From: Pseudomonadota bacterium
GTDB taxonomy: Bacteria > Pseudomonadota > Alphaproteobacteria > Rs-D84
Assembly (NCBI GenBank): GCA_023402015.1
Contig: JAEXCU010000013.1
Span: 59,604-123,603 of the forward strand
DNA length: 64,000 nucleotides
Direction of reading: 5' to 3'
The notes beneath the pieces were generated by a model. That model was not told the origin of the DNA. It worked only from the letters and a program-made list of their open reading frames with translations, and searched no databases. Positions 1 through 9,715 of this stretch are shown piece after piece. Positions within the stretch are counted from its first letter, which is position 1. Every line of letters starts with the position of its first letter. The position numbers and the translations under genes were made by a program.

Positions 1-150
1 CAAAAGTAATCTTTTGATTGTCCGCCAATTCACGTAAACCGGCGCTTTCCACGTCAGAAATGTGAACGAAAACGTCCTGATTACCTGTTTCTGGTTTAAT
101 AAATCCATAGCCTTTTTTGGCGTTGAACCATTTTACTGTACCGTTTGCCA
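1..150 (-). CDS. cspA: cold-shock protein, CspA family (C-terminus cut by window edge)
   Basis: Minus-strand ATG at 148-150; translation MANGTVKWFNAKKGYGFIKPETGNQDVFVHISDVESAGLRELADNQKITF has RNP1 KGYGFI and RNP2 VFVHI of the cold-shock domain. Confidence 0.85.
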
Positions 151-348
151 TAATTTTTCCTTTTATGCTTAATACATTTTACGAATTTGCGTCATTGCAG
201 ACCCGCAGCAGATTTTTTCATTGTATTTTTAGAAAATCTTGCTGTTATGCTTAGATAAGATAAAAGAAGAATTTTTAGAAAATAGATATTGAATAAAATC
301 AACATTAACTATGTTAGCGTGTTTTATACATAATGCAAGGGATTTGTT

Positions 349-1098
349 TTACAGGTATTTTATGTCATATGACATTTTATATGTTCCGCCCGGTATTTGT
401 ATTTTTTCAGATGTTGCCGGTTGTCGGGGTACGGATGATAAAATGTTTTTAATTTCATCTTCGCGGCCAAAATATTTGCAGAAATCAAATTTTAATACCG
501 CGCCCCGGCATACCAATTGATTAAAAATTAATTCGTCATTTATGCAATGTGATTGGGATGATAGGCACACAGATGTATCCAATGTCAGGTAATATGTACT
601 GTCCCACCCAAGGCCATAATTTGCACTGCAAACCAAACATATTGCCAATATGCCAATGATTACCGTCGTTGGCAATAACAGTACATCGTTTTGCGGGTCT
701 TGACCAATTATACTGACACTGCTGACGCCACTGGTGGGGACCAGTTTGTATTTTATTGGCAAATCACATCCATGATGAATACAGCAACGAAATACGTGAT
801 AAATAATATCCGCCAAATCCGGACCAAAACGGCCGCCGATGTCTTTACCCCGTTCGTCGGGAATATGTATTTGCGAATAAAACCTGTATGCTGTATCTGC
901 GGGAAAACCCATAAAAATTTCAATTACCCAATAATATTTTCGTATAAGGTTTATGTATTCTGTGCGGGTTATGTGTGATTTATTATAATATCGCCGGGCC
1001 GTTGCTTCTATGGCCAGGGTGGCAAAATTCAATGACGCGTTATAATCATGTTTTTGCCAGTTATCAATGGCACGTTCCATGTTTTTTACCAATTCCAT
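349..1098 (-). CDS. hypothetical protein; weak resemblance to HEPN/abortive-infection-like proteins (unverified)
   Basis: 249-aa ORF with no recognisable catalytic motif; sits between cspA and nrdG; AT-rich. Confidence 0.4.
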   Translation of the reverse strand: MELVKNMERAIDNWQKHDYNASLNFATLAIEATARRYYNKSHITRTEYINLIRKYYWVIEIFMGFPADTAYRFYSQIHIPDERGKDIGGRFGPDLADIIYHVFRCCIHHGCDLPIKYKLVPTSGVSSVSIIGQDPQNDVLLLPTTVIIGILAICLVCSANYGLGWDSTYYLTLDTSVCLSSQSHCINDELIFNQLVCRGAVLKFDFCKYFGREDEIKNILSSVPRQPATSEKIQIPGGTYKMSYDIKYL

Positions 1099-1131
1099 GA
1101 TGGGGACCTGGGGTTATTTATGGGGTGGATG

Positions 1132-1833
1132 TTATTCGCGCCAAACAACGGATGAAAATAATCCGTTTATTTCATTGCGCAGGTTGGTGTCTGTAAAGAA
1201 TTGATTACGTGCATCTGGTGTGGTGCCGTGTTCGTTATCTTCAAAGTGCGGGATATATTTTTGTATTGCAACATTTGGCACGCCCCGTGCATGCAAATCG
1301 TGCATTATTTCCAACAAATCCAATTTGCTGACAAATCGCGGATCACATGTAATGCGAACTTCGTAATCTTTGCCGGTGGATTGCCAGATGTCCAGACTGT
1401 GAATCATATTATCATGGGCAATATTTTGCCCAACCAAAGAATTGTATTTATCACGCGTAGCCTTGTAATCCAGACCAATCCAGTCCACAACATCCGCCGC
1501 ACGTTTTAACGTTTCAGGATAAAATCCATTTGTATGCAGTCCGATTGCAAATCCCAATTCGCGAACGCGTCGCATGTATGCGATAACCGCATCGCCTTGC
1601 ATTAATGCCTCGCCCCCGGAAAAAACGACCGCTTCCAATTTACCAATGCGCGTTTGCAACCATTGATAAATTTTTTCTGCGTCATATTCGCCGTCGCCGA
1701 CATTTAACAGATGGGGATTGGAACAATACGCACACCGCAATGGACAGCCAACCAGAAACAGCACCGCCGCCAATTTTCCCGGATAATCAATTGTTGTAAA
1801 AGATACCAATCCACCAATCTGAATTTCTTTCAT
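1132..1833 (-). CDS. nrdG: anaerobic ribonucleoside-triphosphate reductase activating protein (radical SAM)
   Basis: CxxxCxxC radical-SAM motif (GCPLRCAYCSNP) near N-terminus; about 230 aa; immediately downstream of nrdD. Confidence 0.9.
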   Translation of the reverse strand: MKEIQIGGLVSFTTIDYPGKLAAVLFLVGCPLRCAYCSNPHLLNVGDGEYDAEKIYQWLQTRIGKLEAVVFSGGEALMQGDAVIAYMRRVRELGFAIGLHTNGFYPETLKRAADVVDWIGLDYKATRDKYNSLVGQNIAHDNMIHSLDIWQSTGKDYEVRITCDPRFVSKLDLLEIMHDLHARGVPNVAIQKYIPHFEDNEHGTTPDARNQFFTDTNLRNEINGLFSSVVWRE

Positions 1834-1836
1834 GGC

Positions 1837-2022
1837 CTAGGCCGCCTTTTTCATTAATTCTTCGTGGCGTTGACCTGTTGTCAGGCTGTTTTGTTCAGTA
1901 AAGGTTTTTCTTTCACAAAATTCAGAATATTTGCCGATGTTAAAATTGGATACCGGTCTGATAAATCCCATAGAGCGTGAAAAGCGTTCGCATGGTGTTC
2001 TTTGTGTATTTGCTGCTTGCAT
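1837..2022 (-). CDS. small glycyl-radical domain protein (NrdD C-terminal Gly-radical loop encoded separately)
   Basis: 61 aa with RSMGFIRPVSNFNIGKYSE, matching the NrdD glycyl radical motif R-x-C-G-Y-L...FN.GK.E; own RBS GGGAGG 8 nt upstream of ATG at 2020-2022; different frame from nrdD; TAG stop 3 nt before nrdG ATG. Confidence 0.55.
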   Translation of the reverse strand: MQAANTQRTPCERFSRSMGFIRPVSNFNIGKYSEFCERKTFTEQNSLTTGQRHEELMKKAA

Positions 2023-2053
2023 GATGGTTTTCCTCCCTTTCTGATTTTTTGTT

Positions 2054-4087
2054 TTATTGTGCCTGATTCTGATTTGCGGCGATTTCGGCGTCGCATTTTG
2101 GACAGAATTCGTAATTTCCCGCCAAATATCCGTGTTTTGGACATATTGAAAATGTCGGGGTCAGTGTCATATACGGTATGCGATAGTTTTCAAATATCGT
2201 ACGGACAATTTTTTGTGCGGCGTCCCCAGATGAAACCGGTTCACCCAGATACAAATGCAACATTGTGCCGCCCGTATATTTACGCTGTAATTCTTCTTGG
2301 TGTTCCAGGGCGACAAACGGGTCGTCTGTAAAGTTCACCGGCAACTGGGTTGAATTGGTGTAATACGGCGCGTCGGGCGTTCCTGCGGTAATAATATCCG
2401 GGAAATTCTTTTTATCCGTTTTTGCAAAACGATAAGAACAACCTTCGGCGGGTGTGGCCTCTAAATTATACAAATTACCGGTCTGTTCCTGGAAATTGGC
2501 CAGGTTTTCGCGAATGAAATCCATTACGTCCAAAACCAATTTTTTACCCATTGGCGTGGCGATGTTTTCGCGATCATCGGTAAAGTTGCGAACCATTTCG
2601 TTTGCGCCATTTACCCCGATTGTTGAAAAGTGATGATTCCAATCACCCAAATAACGTTTGGTAAATGGATACAGACCACGTTCCATATTCTTGCTGATTA
2701 TATTGCGTTTGATTTCCAATTGGTCGCGGCCCAAATCCAACAGGCGTTTTAATTCGCGGAACAAACCTTCGCGGTCGCCTTTGTGAATATATCCCAGGCG
2801 GGCCAGGTTCAGTGTGAATACACCAATGGAACCGGTTTTTTCCGCCGACCCAAATAAACCACCACCACGTTTTAATAATTCACGTACGTCCAAACGCAAA
2901 CGGCAACACATTGACCGAACGTCCGTCGGGTTCAGGTCCGAATTCAAGAAATTTTGGAAATTCGGAATTCCGTATTTTGCGGCCAAATCAAACAAAGGCT
3001 TTACATTCGGGTGTTCCCATGGGAAATCTGGGGTAATGTTATATGTCGGAATTGGGAATGTAAACGGACGGCCCTGGGCATCGCCTTCGGTCATGACTTC
3101 CAGAAATGCCTTGTTAATAATGTCCATTTCCGCCTGTAAATCACCATATGTGAAATCTACGGCCTTTTTACCAACAAATGGGTGTTGATTTTTTAAATCT
3201 TCGGGACATGTCCAATCAAACGTAAAGTTAATAAATGGTGTTTGTGTTCCCCAACGGCATGGTACCGCGCAGTTAAATATTAATGTCTGCATTGCATTTT
3301 TAACATCTGCATATGTCAGATTGTCAATGCGTACATATGGTGCCAGGTATGTGTCCACGGACGAAAACGCCTGGGCGCCGGCAAATTCATTTTGCAATGT
3401 CCCCAGGAAATTCACCATATGGGAAATTGCGGTTGCCATATGCTTGGCAGGTTCGCATTGCAAATAACCCGGAACGCCGTTAAATCCTTCGTACAATAAT
3501 TCACGCAGGGACCAACCGGCGCAGTATCCGGTTAACCATCCCAAATCATGAATGTGAACGGCTGCGTTTTTATGTGCCTCGGCAATTTCACGTGGATATA
3601 AATTCAACCAATATTCGGCCGTTACGCGTTCAGATGTGCGCAGAATCAGGCCGCCGATTGAATAACCGACATTTGCATTTTCCTTAATCCGCCAATTGGA
3701 ACCACCGACATAACCTTCTATGACGTCAACCGCATCAACAGATGCATTGCGAATTTCTGTGCGTTTTTGACGGTAAATAATATAACTTTCTGCGGTTTTA
3801 TATGCCCGTGCATCCATCAGGGTTTGAATAACAATATCCTGGATTGATTCCACAGACGGAACCTTGGTTGCGAATTGCGTGTCCAATTTGTCCAGAACTG
3901 TCTGGGTAATTTTAACAACATCTTCTTCGGAAATTTCGCCTGTAACGTCCACGGCCCGTTTTATTGCGTTAAATATCTTTTTGGCATCAAAAGGAACTGT
4001 TTCCCCGCTGCGCTTTTCCACAGCAACCATTTTGGTCGCCAGGGTTGGAATAATTTGTATTTTTGTTTCGTTTTCTGCCGTCGCCAT
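2054..4087 (-). CDS. nrdD: anaerobic ribonucleoside-triphosphate reductase, class III
   Basis: N-terminal ATP-cone, large RNR core and C-terminal Zn ribbon CPKHG...CPKCD; ATG at 4085-4087 with GGAG RBS (track ORF begins at TTG 4117); ends before the glycyl-radical loop. Confidence 0.9.
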   Translation of the reverse strand: MATAENETKIQIIPTLATKMVAVEKRSGETVPFDAKKIFNAIKRAVDVTGEISEEDVVKITQTVLDKLDTQFATKVPSVESIQDIVIQTLMDARAYKTAESYIIYRQKRTEIRNASVDAVDVIEGYVGGSNWRIKENANVGYSIGGLILRTSERVTAEYWLNLYPREIAEAHKNAAVHIHDLGWLTGYCAGWSLRELLYEGFNGVPGYLQCEPAKHMATAISHMVNFLGTLQNEFAGAQAFSSVDTYLAPYVRIDNLTYADVKNAMQTLIFNCAVPCRWGTQTPFINFTFDWTCPEDLKNQHPFVGKKAVDFTYGDLQAEMDIINKAFLEVMTEGDAQGRPFTFPIPTYNITPDFPWEHPNVKPLFDLAAKYGIPNFQNFLNSDLNPTDVRSMCCRLRLDVRELLKRGGGLFGSAEKTGSIGVFTLNLARLGYIHKGDREGLFRELKRLLDLGRDQLEIKRNIISKNMERGLYPFTKRYLGDWNHHFSTIGVNGANEMVRNFTDDRENIATPMGKKLVLDVMDFIRENLANFQEQTGNLYNLEATPAEGCSYRFAKTDKKNFPDIITAGTPDAPYYTNSTQLPVNFTDDPFVALEHQEELQRKYTGGTMLHLYLGEPVSSGDAAQKIVRTIFENYRIPYMTLTPTFSICPKHGYLAGNYEFCPKCDAEIAANQNQAQ

Positions 4088-4163
4088 CTTATTACTCCGA
4101 GATTCATAAAAACACAAGATATAGTGGTTGTGTTGCTGATTTGATTACAATATATAGTTTTAT

Positions 4164-4178
4164 ATGATTTCTATCAAC
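4164..4178. promoter_or_regulatory. FNR/CRP-family binding site candidate upstream of nrdD
   Basis: aTGATttctATCAAc, 9/10 match to TTGAT-N4-ATCAA, about 80 nt upstream of the nrdD start in a 440-bp AT-rich divergent intergenic region. Confidence 0.3.
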
Positions 4179-4560
4179 ATATAAAAGATAAAAAAATTTT
4201 CATTTTTTACTTTACTTTTAAAAAGGGGGATTTTCCGCTGGGTGGCGCCATATGCGATTCATTTAATATATTCACTAAATGCGTTTTTGTGTTAAAAATT
4301 TATGCTTTTTTTACACAAAAATGATTCGGATTTTGTAAAAATTACAAAATATAGATTAAAAATTGCGAATCAGTATCTATATATTGACAAAATGATGTAA
4401 AAAAGGGCAACTTTGACAACTTTTCATCCCGGAATTTCTGTATTTAATCGCGAATCATATAATTAGGTTGTTTTTCCGCATTTAAAATTTATATAATTGG
4501 GATATTCCAGGTTATGGTAATCTGGATTTTTGCTTAACTAAACACAAGAGTAATATCGTT

Positions 4561-6147
4561 ATGATGAAAAATATATACGACATGCTGCATGATGTTTGTT
4601 CCCAGAACAAAGACAGGATTTTCTTTGTCAGACAAAATGAAACATATGCAGATTTGTTAAGAAAAGTAAAACAGCGCGCCGTGGTATTGGCCAAACGGTT
4701 CGGCATTAAAAAGGGCGACACTGTTGCGATTCTGTCGGGGAACACACCTGATTTTATTCGTTCTTATTTTGCGATTGCGTCCCAGGGCGCGCGCGCACTG
4801 ATGTTGGACACCGGATTGTCGCAATCAGAACATCTGAATATGATGCAGCGCACAAATTGCAAATTGGTTCTGGCGCAAAAGTCGCACTTCATAGAAGGTG
4901 CGCCTGAAACATATGATATTGAAACCATTGATGACACGGATGAAAAAGATTTTGTTGTCGCAGATGTCGTTCGCGAAGATATTGCAATGTTATCGTTTAC
5001 ATCTGGTTCAACCGGCAATCCAAAAATTGTTGGATTAACGCACGACAATATATTATCACTGGCCGATGGCGCATTATTTTATAAACCAATTATTCACCCC
5101 GGTTATACGTTTTATGGATTTTTACCGCTGTATCATATTTATGGTGTTGTGATTAATATCGTTGCACCGTTGGTTTTGCAGGGAAAATTACTGTTGCAGC
5201 CGATATTAAATCCGCGTGAATTTTTAAAAGATTTCCAGGAATACCGGCCCGAAGTAATTCCGGCTGTTCCCCGTATATGGGAAGCGTTTTATAAAAAAAT
5301 CGTGGACGGCGCACGGGAAAAACATTCATGGACGTTGTTGCGTGTGATTGTTGCAATGCGGCATGTATTGCGTGCGGTGGGATTGGGATTTATTGTTGAC
5401 CGCGCGTTAAAACCGATACATGACATTTTTGGTGGCAATACCAAGGTTTTGGTGTCGGCCGGTGCAACATTAAAACCCTCAATTCGTAAATTCTTTGAAA
5501 GAATGGGATTTGTTGTGGGGGATTGTTATGGCCTGACAGAAACAACGGGACCGGCCAACTTTAATTTTGCATTTCGTTTGCCAAATGGCGCCATGCATTA
5601 TGCCGGACCATTGCCGGGAAATGAAATTCAGATTCATGACCCTGACAAAGACGGTGTTGGCGAAATCTGGGTTCGTGGTAATTTGGTAATGCCCGGATAT
5701 ATTAATAATGACCAGGCAAATGCCGATGCATTCCAAGACGGTTGGTTTAAAACTGGCGACATTGGTAAATTGGATAAATATGGTCGTCTGATTGTCAAAG
5801 GCCGTCAAAAACAGGTTATCGTTCTGGACAGTGGTAAAAATGTTTACCCCGATGAACTGGAAGACCTGTATTTGCAAAATGATGAAATTCTGGCGGCGGC
5901 GGTTTTTGAATATGTGATAAATGACAAAGTTGTGCCATTTGCCGTATTTCAGGTTAAACCGGGAACCAGTGTGGCCAAGGTTGCGATGTTGCTGAAAACG
6001 TCCAATTTGAAAATTGCGCCGTATAAATGGGTAAAACATTTTGCAATAACCGAAGAAGAACTGCCCCAGACATCTGCGAAAAAGATTAAGCATTTTGTGG
6101 TGCGTGAAATGTTGGATTCTGGTGCGTTTACACGACCGGCAGATTAA
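4561..6147 (+). CDS. AMP-dependent acyl-CoA synthetase/ligase (long-chain fatty acid CoA ligase-like)
   Basis: AMP-binding signature SFTSGSTGNPKIVGLTHDNI, conserved GDCYGLTETTG and WFKTGDIG motifs. Confidence 0.85.
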   Translation: MMKNIYDMLHDVCSQNKDRIFFVRQNETYADLLRKVKQRAVVLAKRFGIKKGDTVAILSGNTPDFIRSYFAIASQGARALMLDTGLSQSEHLNMMQRTNCKLVLAQKSHFIEGAPETYDIETIDDTDEKDFVVADVVREDIAMLSFTSGSTGNPKIVGLTHDNILSLADGALFYKPIIHPGYTFYGFLPLYHIYGVVINIVAPLVLQGKLLLQPILNPREFLKDFQEYRPEVIPAVPRIWEAFYKKIVDGAREKHSWTLLRVIVAMRHVLRAVGLGFIVDRALKPIHDIFGGNTKVLVSAGATLKPSIRKFFERMGFVVGDCYGLTETTGPANFNFAFRLPNGAMHYAGPLPGNEIQIHDPDKDGVGEIWVRGNLVMPGYINNDQANADAFQDGWFKTGDIGKLDKYGRLIVKGRQKQVIVLDSGKNVYPDELEDLYLQNDEILAAAVFEYVINDKVVPFAVFQVKPGTSVAKVAMLLKTSNLKIAPYKWVKHFAITEEELPQTSAKKIKHFVVREMLDSGAFTRPAD

Positions 6148-6164
6148 AGCACGTCGCCATGCGG

Positions 6165-6203
6165 CATTTCCGGTTTTATTGAAATAAAACCGGAAATGCC
6201 GTG
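6165..6203. terminator. intrinsic terminator hairpin after acyl-CoA ligase
   Basis: ggcatttccggttttattgaaataaaaccggaaatgcc long inverted repeat. Confidence 0.5.
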
Positions 6204-6312
6204 CGGCGGCCGGATAAATTGCAAAATAATTCACGAAAAAGGGTTTATATGGGCGTTGTGGACTTGACAAAAAGATAAAAAGTATTATATTAATTACAGC
6301 AAGGGGTTTAAA

Positions 6313-6873
6313 ATGACGAAAAAGACCAATCCGGCAATTTTTTATATTTTGAAATCACTGGTTGACAGACAGGTGCCCGAACTGCGCCAGCAGGTTCATA
6401 ATGGCGCCGTTGCATCCCAGAATATTTCCGTTTTAAAAGACCAGGTGGCATCTTTGGCGCAATATGCCGCAACCAATCGTCATGACCGCGAGGCCGTCCA
6501 AGACGCAGAAACTGACATGGATGCATGTGAACGTGAAATCAGTTATTTGACGGAACAGGTAAATCAGGCCCAGAATGCCAAGAATCAATTGAACGACGCA
6601 CGAAAATTTAACACATTGTTTGAAAAAGAAATTGTTATGCCCGCAGTCAAAGCACACGAAATTAACGAATTAAATGCACAATATAAACGCCTGGATCGCG
6701 AGGTTGGCGATATTGAATGCATGTATTACACCCAACGCAATTATGTAGAAGATATCCAGGCGGAACCGGAATCGCCCGAACGTGCCGTATTGGCAAATTA
6801 TTACGAAAAACTGAATAAAAAGCGCGAAGAACTGAATCGTTTGGCGCAATATATTCGTGTTTTGCAACGATAA
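6313..6873 (+). CDS. hypothetical coiled-coil protein
   Basis: 186-aa ORF, heptad-rich, RBS aaggggtttaaaATG. Confidence 0.55.
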   Translation: MTKKTNPAIFYILKSLVDRQVPELRQQVHNGAVASQNISVLKDQVASLAQYAATNRHDREAVQDAETDMDACEREISYLTEQVNQAQNAKNQLNDARKFNTLFEKEIVMPAVKAHEINELNAQYKRLDREVGDIECMYYTQRNYVEDIQAEPESPERAVLANYYEKLNKKREELNRLAQYIRVLQR

Positions 6874-6889
6874 TTGGGTTGCACAATAT

Positions 6890-6916
6890 TACGGGGCCAT
6901 AATGTGGCCCCCTTTT
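6890..6916. terminator. bidirectional intrinsic terminator
   Basis: ggggccataatgtggccccctttttt between convergent genes. Confidence 0.6.
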
Positions 6917-8158
6917 TTATTTGCAAACGGCGGTGTATGGTGGCACGGAACGTTCTGTATCAATTTCCCCATCACCGCAATCCAGACAATTAAATTTGCG
7001 GTTTTGTGAATGATGCCGGTCCAATGGTATGAATTTGCCGGCCAAATCACTGACGTTGGATACATATGAAAAACTGGGAAAACCAAAATAAAACGCGCGG
7101 GAACGACCACTGCAATCGCGGGTGCGACCGGGATAACAATTTGGATTATTTATTTGCGACGGGTCGGGTATGCAATACGAAACACACGTTTGGGCATCTG
7201 TTATCATTTTTTCGCAATCGGTGCACGAAGACTGTGGAACGCGCAATGTGGCCCCAATCGCGCCATAAATTGCCCCTGTTGTTATATTTGTGCATTTTTT
7301 GACGTCTTCGGTTTTCGTTGGATCGGCAACGCATTCCCATTCCAATGTATTATAATTTAAACGTGCAATCATGTTATCTGGGCATGTTTTTGCGGGGAAC
7401 GGATTGATGCATTCCCAAACACTGTCCACCAAGACGGCGGTTTGTTGTTCTGCGCATAATGGTTTGCGCGATTCATCGGCCACGCATTCTAATAAATCAG
7501 AATCCCAAATCATATCGCCGCCACAATTGGTTTTGGTATTATATCCCAGACACTGCCACCGGCCAAAGCGATATGTTTTAACCGTACCAGCGGGGCATAT
7601 AACGTCGGGTGATATGGGCGTGGTAAATACGGTTTGGGAATCTGGAACCTCGTACTGGGTCATATAAATTAATTGGCCGTTGGTTAATTCCAATTCGGAT
7701 ATTATTGTTTTGGGGACGCTGCGCTTGTCGCTGGTGCCGCCGGATACAATTTGGCCGTCCATAAATATTCCAAACGTGCCGGCATCGGAATAATATTGTT
7801 CTAAAACTTCCATCATATTATTAAAATCCGCGTCCGCCAGGGCGCCGGTTGCGGTTATTATATAACTGGCATCTGGTTTTTTATTTCGCACAATTTCACA
7901 TTTTGTTTTTGCACCACCGGCGTTCAGGCAAATTGTATTACTGGTGATATTATTTTGTGCGATACAGATGTCGTTAAAATCGGTACCCTTAATCTGGGCA
8001 TTGTGCATTGCCGCCGTGCATTCCGCAACACCGCGTAAATCAGAACGATTTATGGCATATTCTGTTTCTTGTTCGGGGATGCGCTGGCTGGGGCTGCTGA
8101 TCATATAATAACCCGCCATAAATATTGCAACCAAAACTATGATAAAAATATTCATCAT
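6917..8158 (-). CDS. cysteine-rich secreted/membrane-anchored protein
   Basis: 413 aa; N-terminal TM/signal anchor IFIIVLVAIFMAGYY; about 30 Cys in CxxC-like spacing in the extracytoplasmic part. Confidence 0.6.
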   Translation of the reverse strand: MMNIFIIVLVAIFMAGYYMISSPSQRIPEQETEYAINRSDLRGVAECTAAMHNAQIKGTDFNDICIAQNNITSNTICLNAGGAKTKCEIVRNKKPDASYIITATGALADADFNNMMEVLEQYYSDAGTFGIFMDGQIVSGGTSDKRSVPKTIISELELTNGQLIYMTQYEVPDSQTVFTTPISPDVICPAGTVKTYRFGRWQCLGYNTKTNCGGDMIWDSDLLECVADESRKPLCAEQQTAVLVDSVWECINPFPAKTCPDNMIARLNYNTLEWECVADPTKTEDVKKCTNITTGAIYGAIGATLRVPQSSCTDCEKMITDAQTCVSYCIPDPSQINNPNCYPGRTRDCSGRSRAFYFGFPSFSYVSNVSDLAGKFIPLDRHHSQNRKFNCLDCGDGEIDTERSVPPYTAVCK

Positions 8159-8246
8159 TCCCCCTTGCGATTTATTAAAAGTCTAGGTAATATAAGGATA
8201 AAATGCAATAGGAAAACTGATTGCAAAAATAAAAAATGGCCAATAA

Positions 8247-8729
8247 ATGAAAAAATATCTTCTGATTTTATCGCTTCTGGTTTTTACTGCGTGCGGTTTT
8301 CAACCAATGTTCACCGGCCAGGATACGGATATTTACGTTCCACCAATAAATGGTATTAATGGTATTGATTTGCGCAATGCGCTAAATGCAAAATTCGGTG
8401 GCCAGCGTGATGCAACCGCGCCGTATACTTTAACGGTCAGTTTGGCCACACCAATCACCCGGTACAAGGCACTGGAACGTACCGGCGACGCAACATGGCA
8501 ACAAATCGTCTTAAATGCAAATTACACATTGACCCATAATGGCGAACAAATCGCATCAGGCACAGAAACGGCGTCGGAATCTTATACATTTGTGCGGTAT
8601 CTGGTGGCGGCGAATGCGTCGTATAATAATGCGGTTCAAAATACGATTAAGGTTTTGGCCGATAAAATTGGAACACGTGCAATCGCAGAAACGCGTCAGT
8701 ATTCAATCGGGAACGATGATAACAAATGA
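8247..8729 (+). CDS. lptE: LPS-assembly lipoprotein LptE-like
   Basis: Lipobox LVFTAC then GFQPMF (compare E. coli LptE CGWHLR); immediately upstream of and overlapping holA as in the conserved leuS-lptE-holA arrangement. Confidence 0.6.
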   Translation: MKKYLLILSLLVFTACGFQPMFTGQDTDIYVPPINGINGIDLRNALNAKFGGQRDATAPYTLTVSLATPITRYKALERTGDATWQQIVLNANYTLTHNGEQIASGTETASESYTFVRYLVAANASYNNAVQNTIKVLADKIGTRAIAETRQYSIGNDDNK

Positions 8730-9715
8730 AATGGAAAGAAACAGATTTTGGAAATGGAATTGAATCCATTCGGGCTGTTTTAATTTATGGCCCTGATGCT
8801 GGCCAGGTTGATGAATACTGTGATAGGGCGGTTGAAAAATTACAAATTGACCGGGATAATTTATTTGCGCTGGATTCTGATGAACTGCGTGAAAAACAGG
8901 ATGCGTTATTTGCAGAAAGTTGCAGTCCATCCATGTTTGGTGGTCGGAAATTGGTTATAATTTCTGGTGCAACTGACGGGTGTGCACGACAAATTTCTGA
9001 TTTGGTTGAACATCCCGGATTATGCGCGACGGTAATTGTTGCCGCGGGTGATTTGCGCGCGGGTGGTTCTTTGCGTTCATTATTTGAAGGTGGCGACAAA
9101 GTTGCCGCATTACCGTGTTATACCGATGATGCGCGGACTTTGGCGACCCTGATACGCAAAGAATTATCGGCAGATGCGGGAATTCAACAAATCACACCCG
9201 ACGCCATGGCGTATATGACATCGCACCTGGGTGGCGACCGTGGAATTACACGTGGTTTTTTAACAAAGATTGCATTGTATGTTGATGATAAAAAAATCGT
9301 AGAACTGGAAGACGTTGAAAAATGTCTGCCTGATACCGGTGCGGCGGATATGGATGATTTTTTATATTCTTTGACCGCCGGTCATATTCAACAGACGATG
9401 ATGGCCCTGGACAGATTGTTATATGACAATGCGGAACCAAACATGTTGGTTCGGATGCTGGACGGACATTTTAAAAAATTATTAACCGCCGTGGTTGAGG
9501 GGCAATTGCCGCGGCTGTTTTGGAAAGTGGCTGAAAAATTTAATCATGCCATTAAAATTTGGCCGGAATCTGAAATAACCGCCGTGTTGGTACGATTAAA
9601 TGAATTGGAAAAACAATTACGCACAACCGGCATGCCGGGCGAGGTTTTATTACGTGATTTTTCATTAAAGTTGGCCGTACGCGCGGCAAAATTATCAATC
9701 AGGAGAAGAAATTAA
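8726..9715 (+). CDS. holA: DNA polymerase III subunit delta
   Basis: 329 aa, AAA-like fold markers (LIYGPD, clamp-loader delta architecture), ATGA overlap with lptE. Confidence 0.75.
   Translation: MKWKETDFGNGIESIRAVLIYGPDAGQVDEYCDRAVEKLQIDRDNLFALDSDELREKQDALFAESCSPSMFGGRKLVIISGATDGCARQISDLVEHPGLCATVIVAAGDLRAGGSLRSLFEGGDKVAALPCYTDDARTLATLIRKELSADAGIQQITPDAMAYMTSHLGGDRGITRGFLTKIALYVDDKKIVELEDVEKCLPDTGAADMDDFLYSLTAGHIQQTMMALDRLLYDNAEPNMLVRMLDGHFKKLLTAVVEGQLPRLFWKVAEKFNHAIKIWPESEITAVLVRLNELEKQLRTTGMPGEVLLRDFSLKLAVRAAKLSIRRRN

Noticed and set aside
4117-4117. Track start of nrdD at 4117
   Set aside because: Position 4115-4117 is TTG. An in-frame ATG with a GGAG RBS lies at 4085-4087 and matches the usual MATAEN.. 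ATP-cone start. The same correction was applied to 33514->33478, 51228->51243, 52151->52175 and 14079->14022.
5479-6270. 263-aa minus-strand ORF
   Set aside because: It is antisense to the well-supported acyl-CoA ligase gene. It has basic low-complexity composition and no RBS, so it is spurious.
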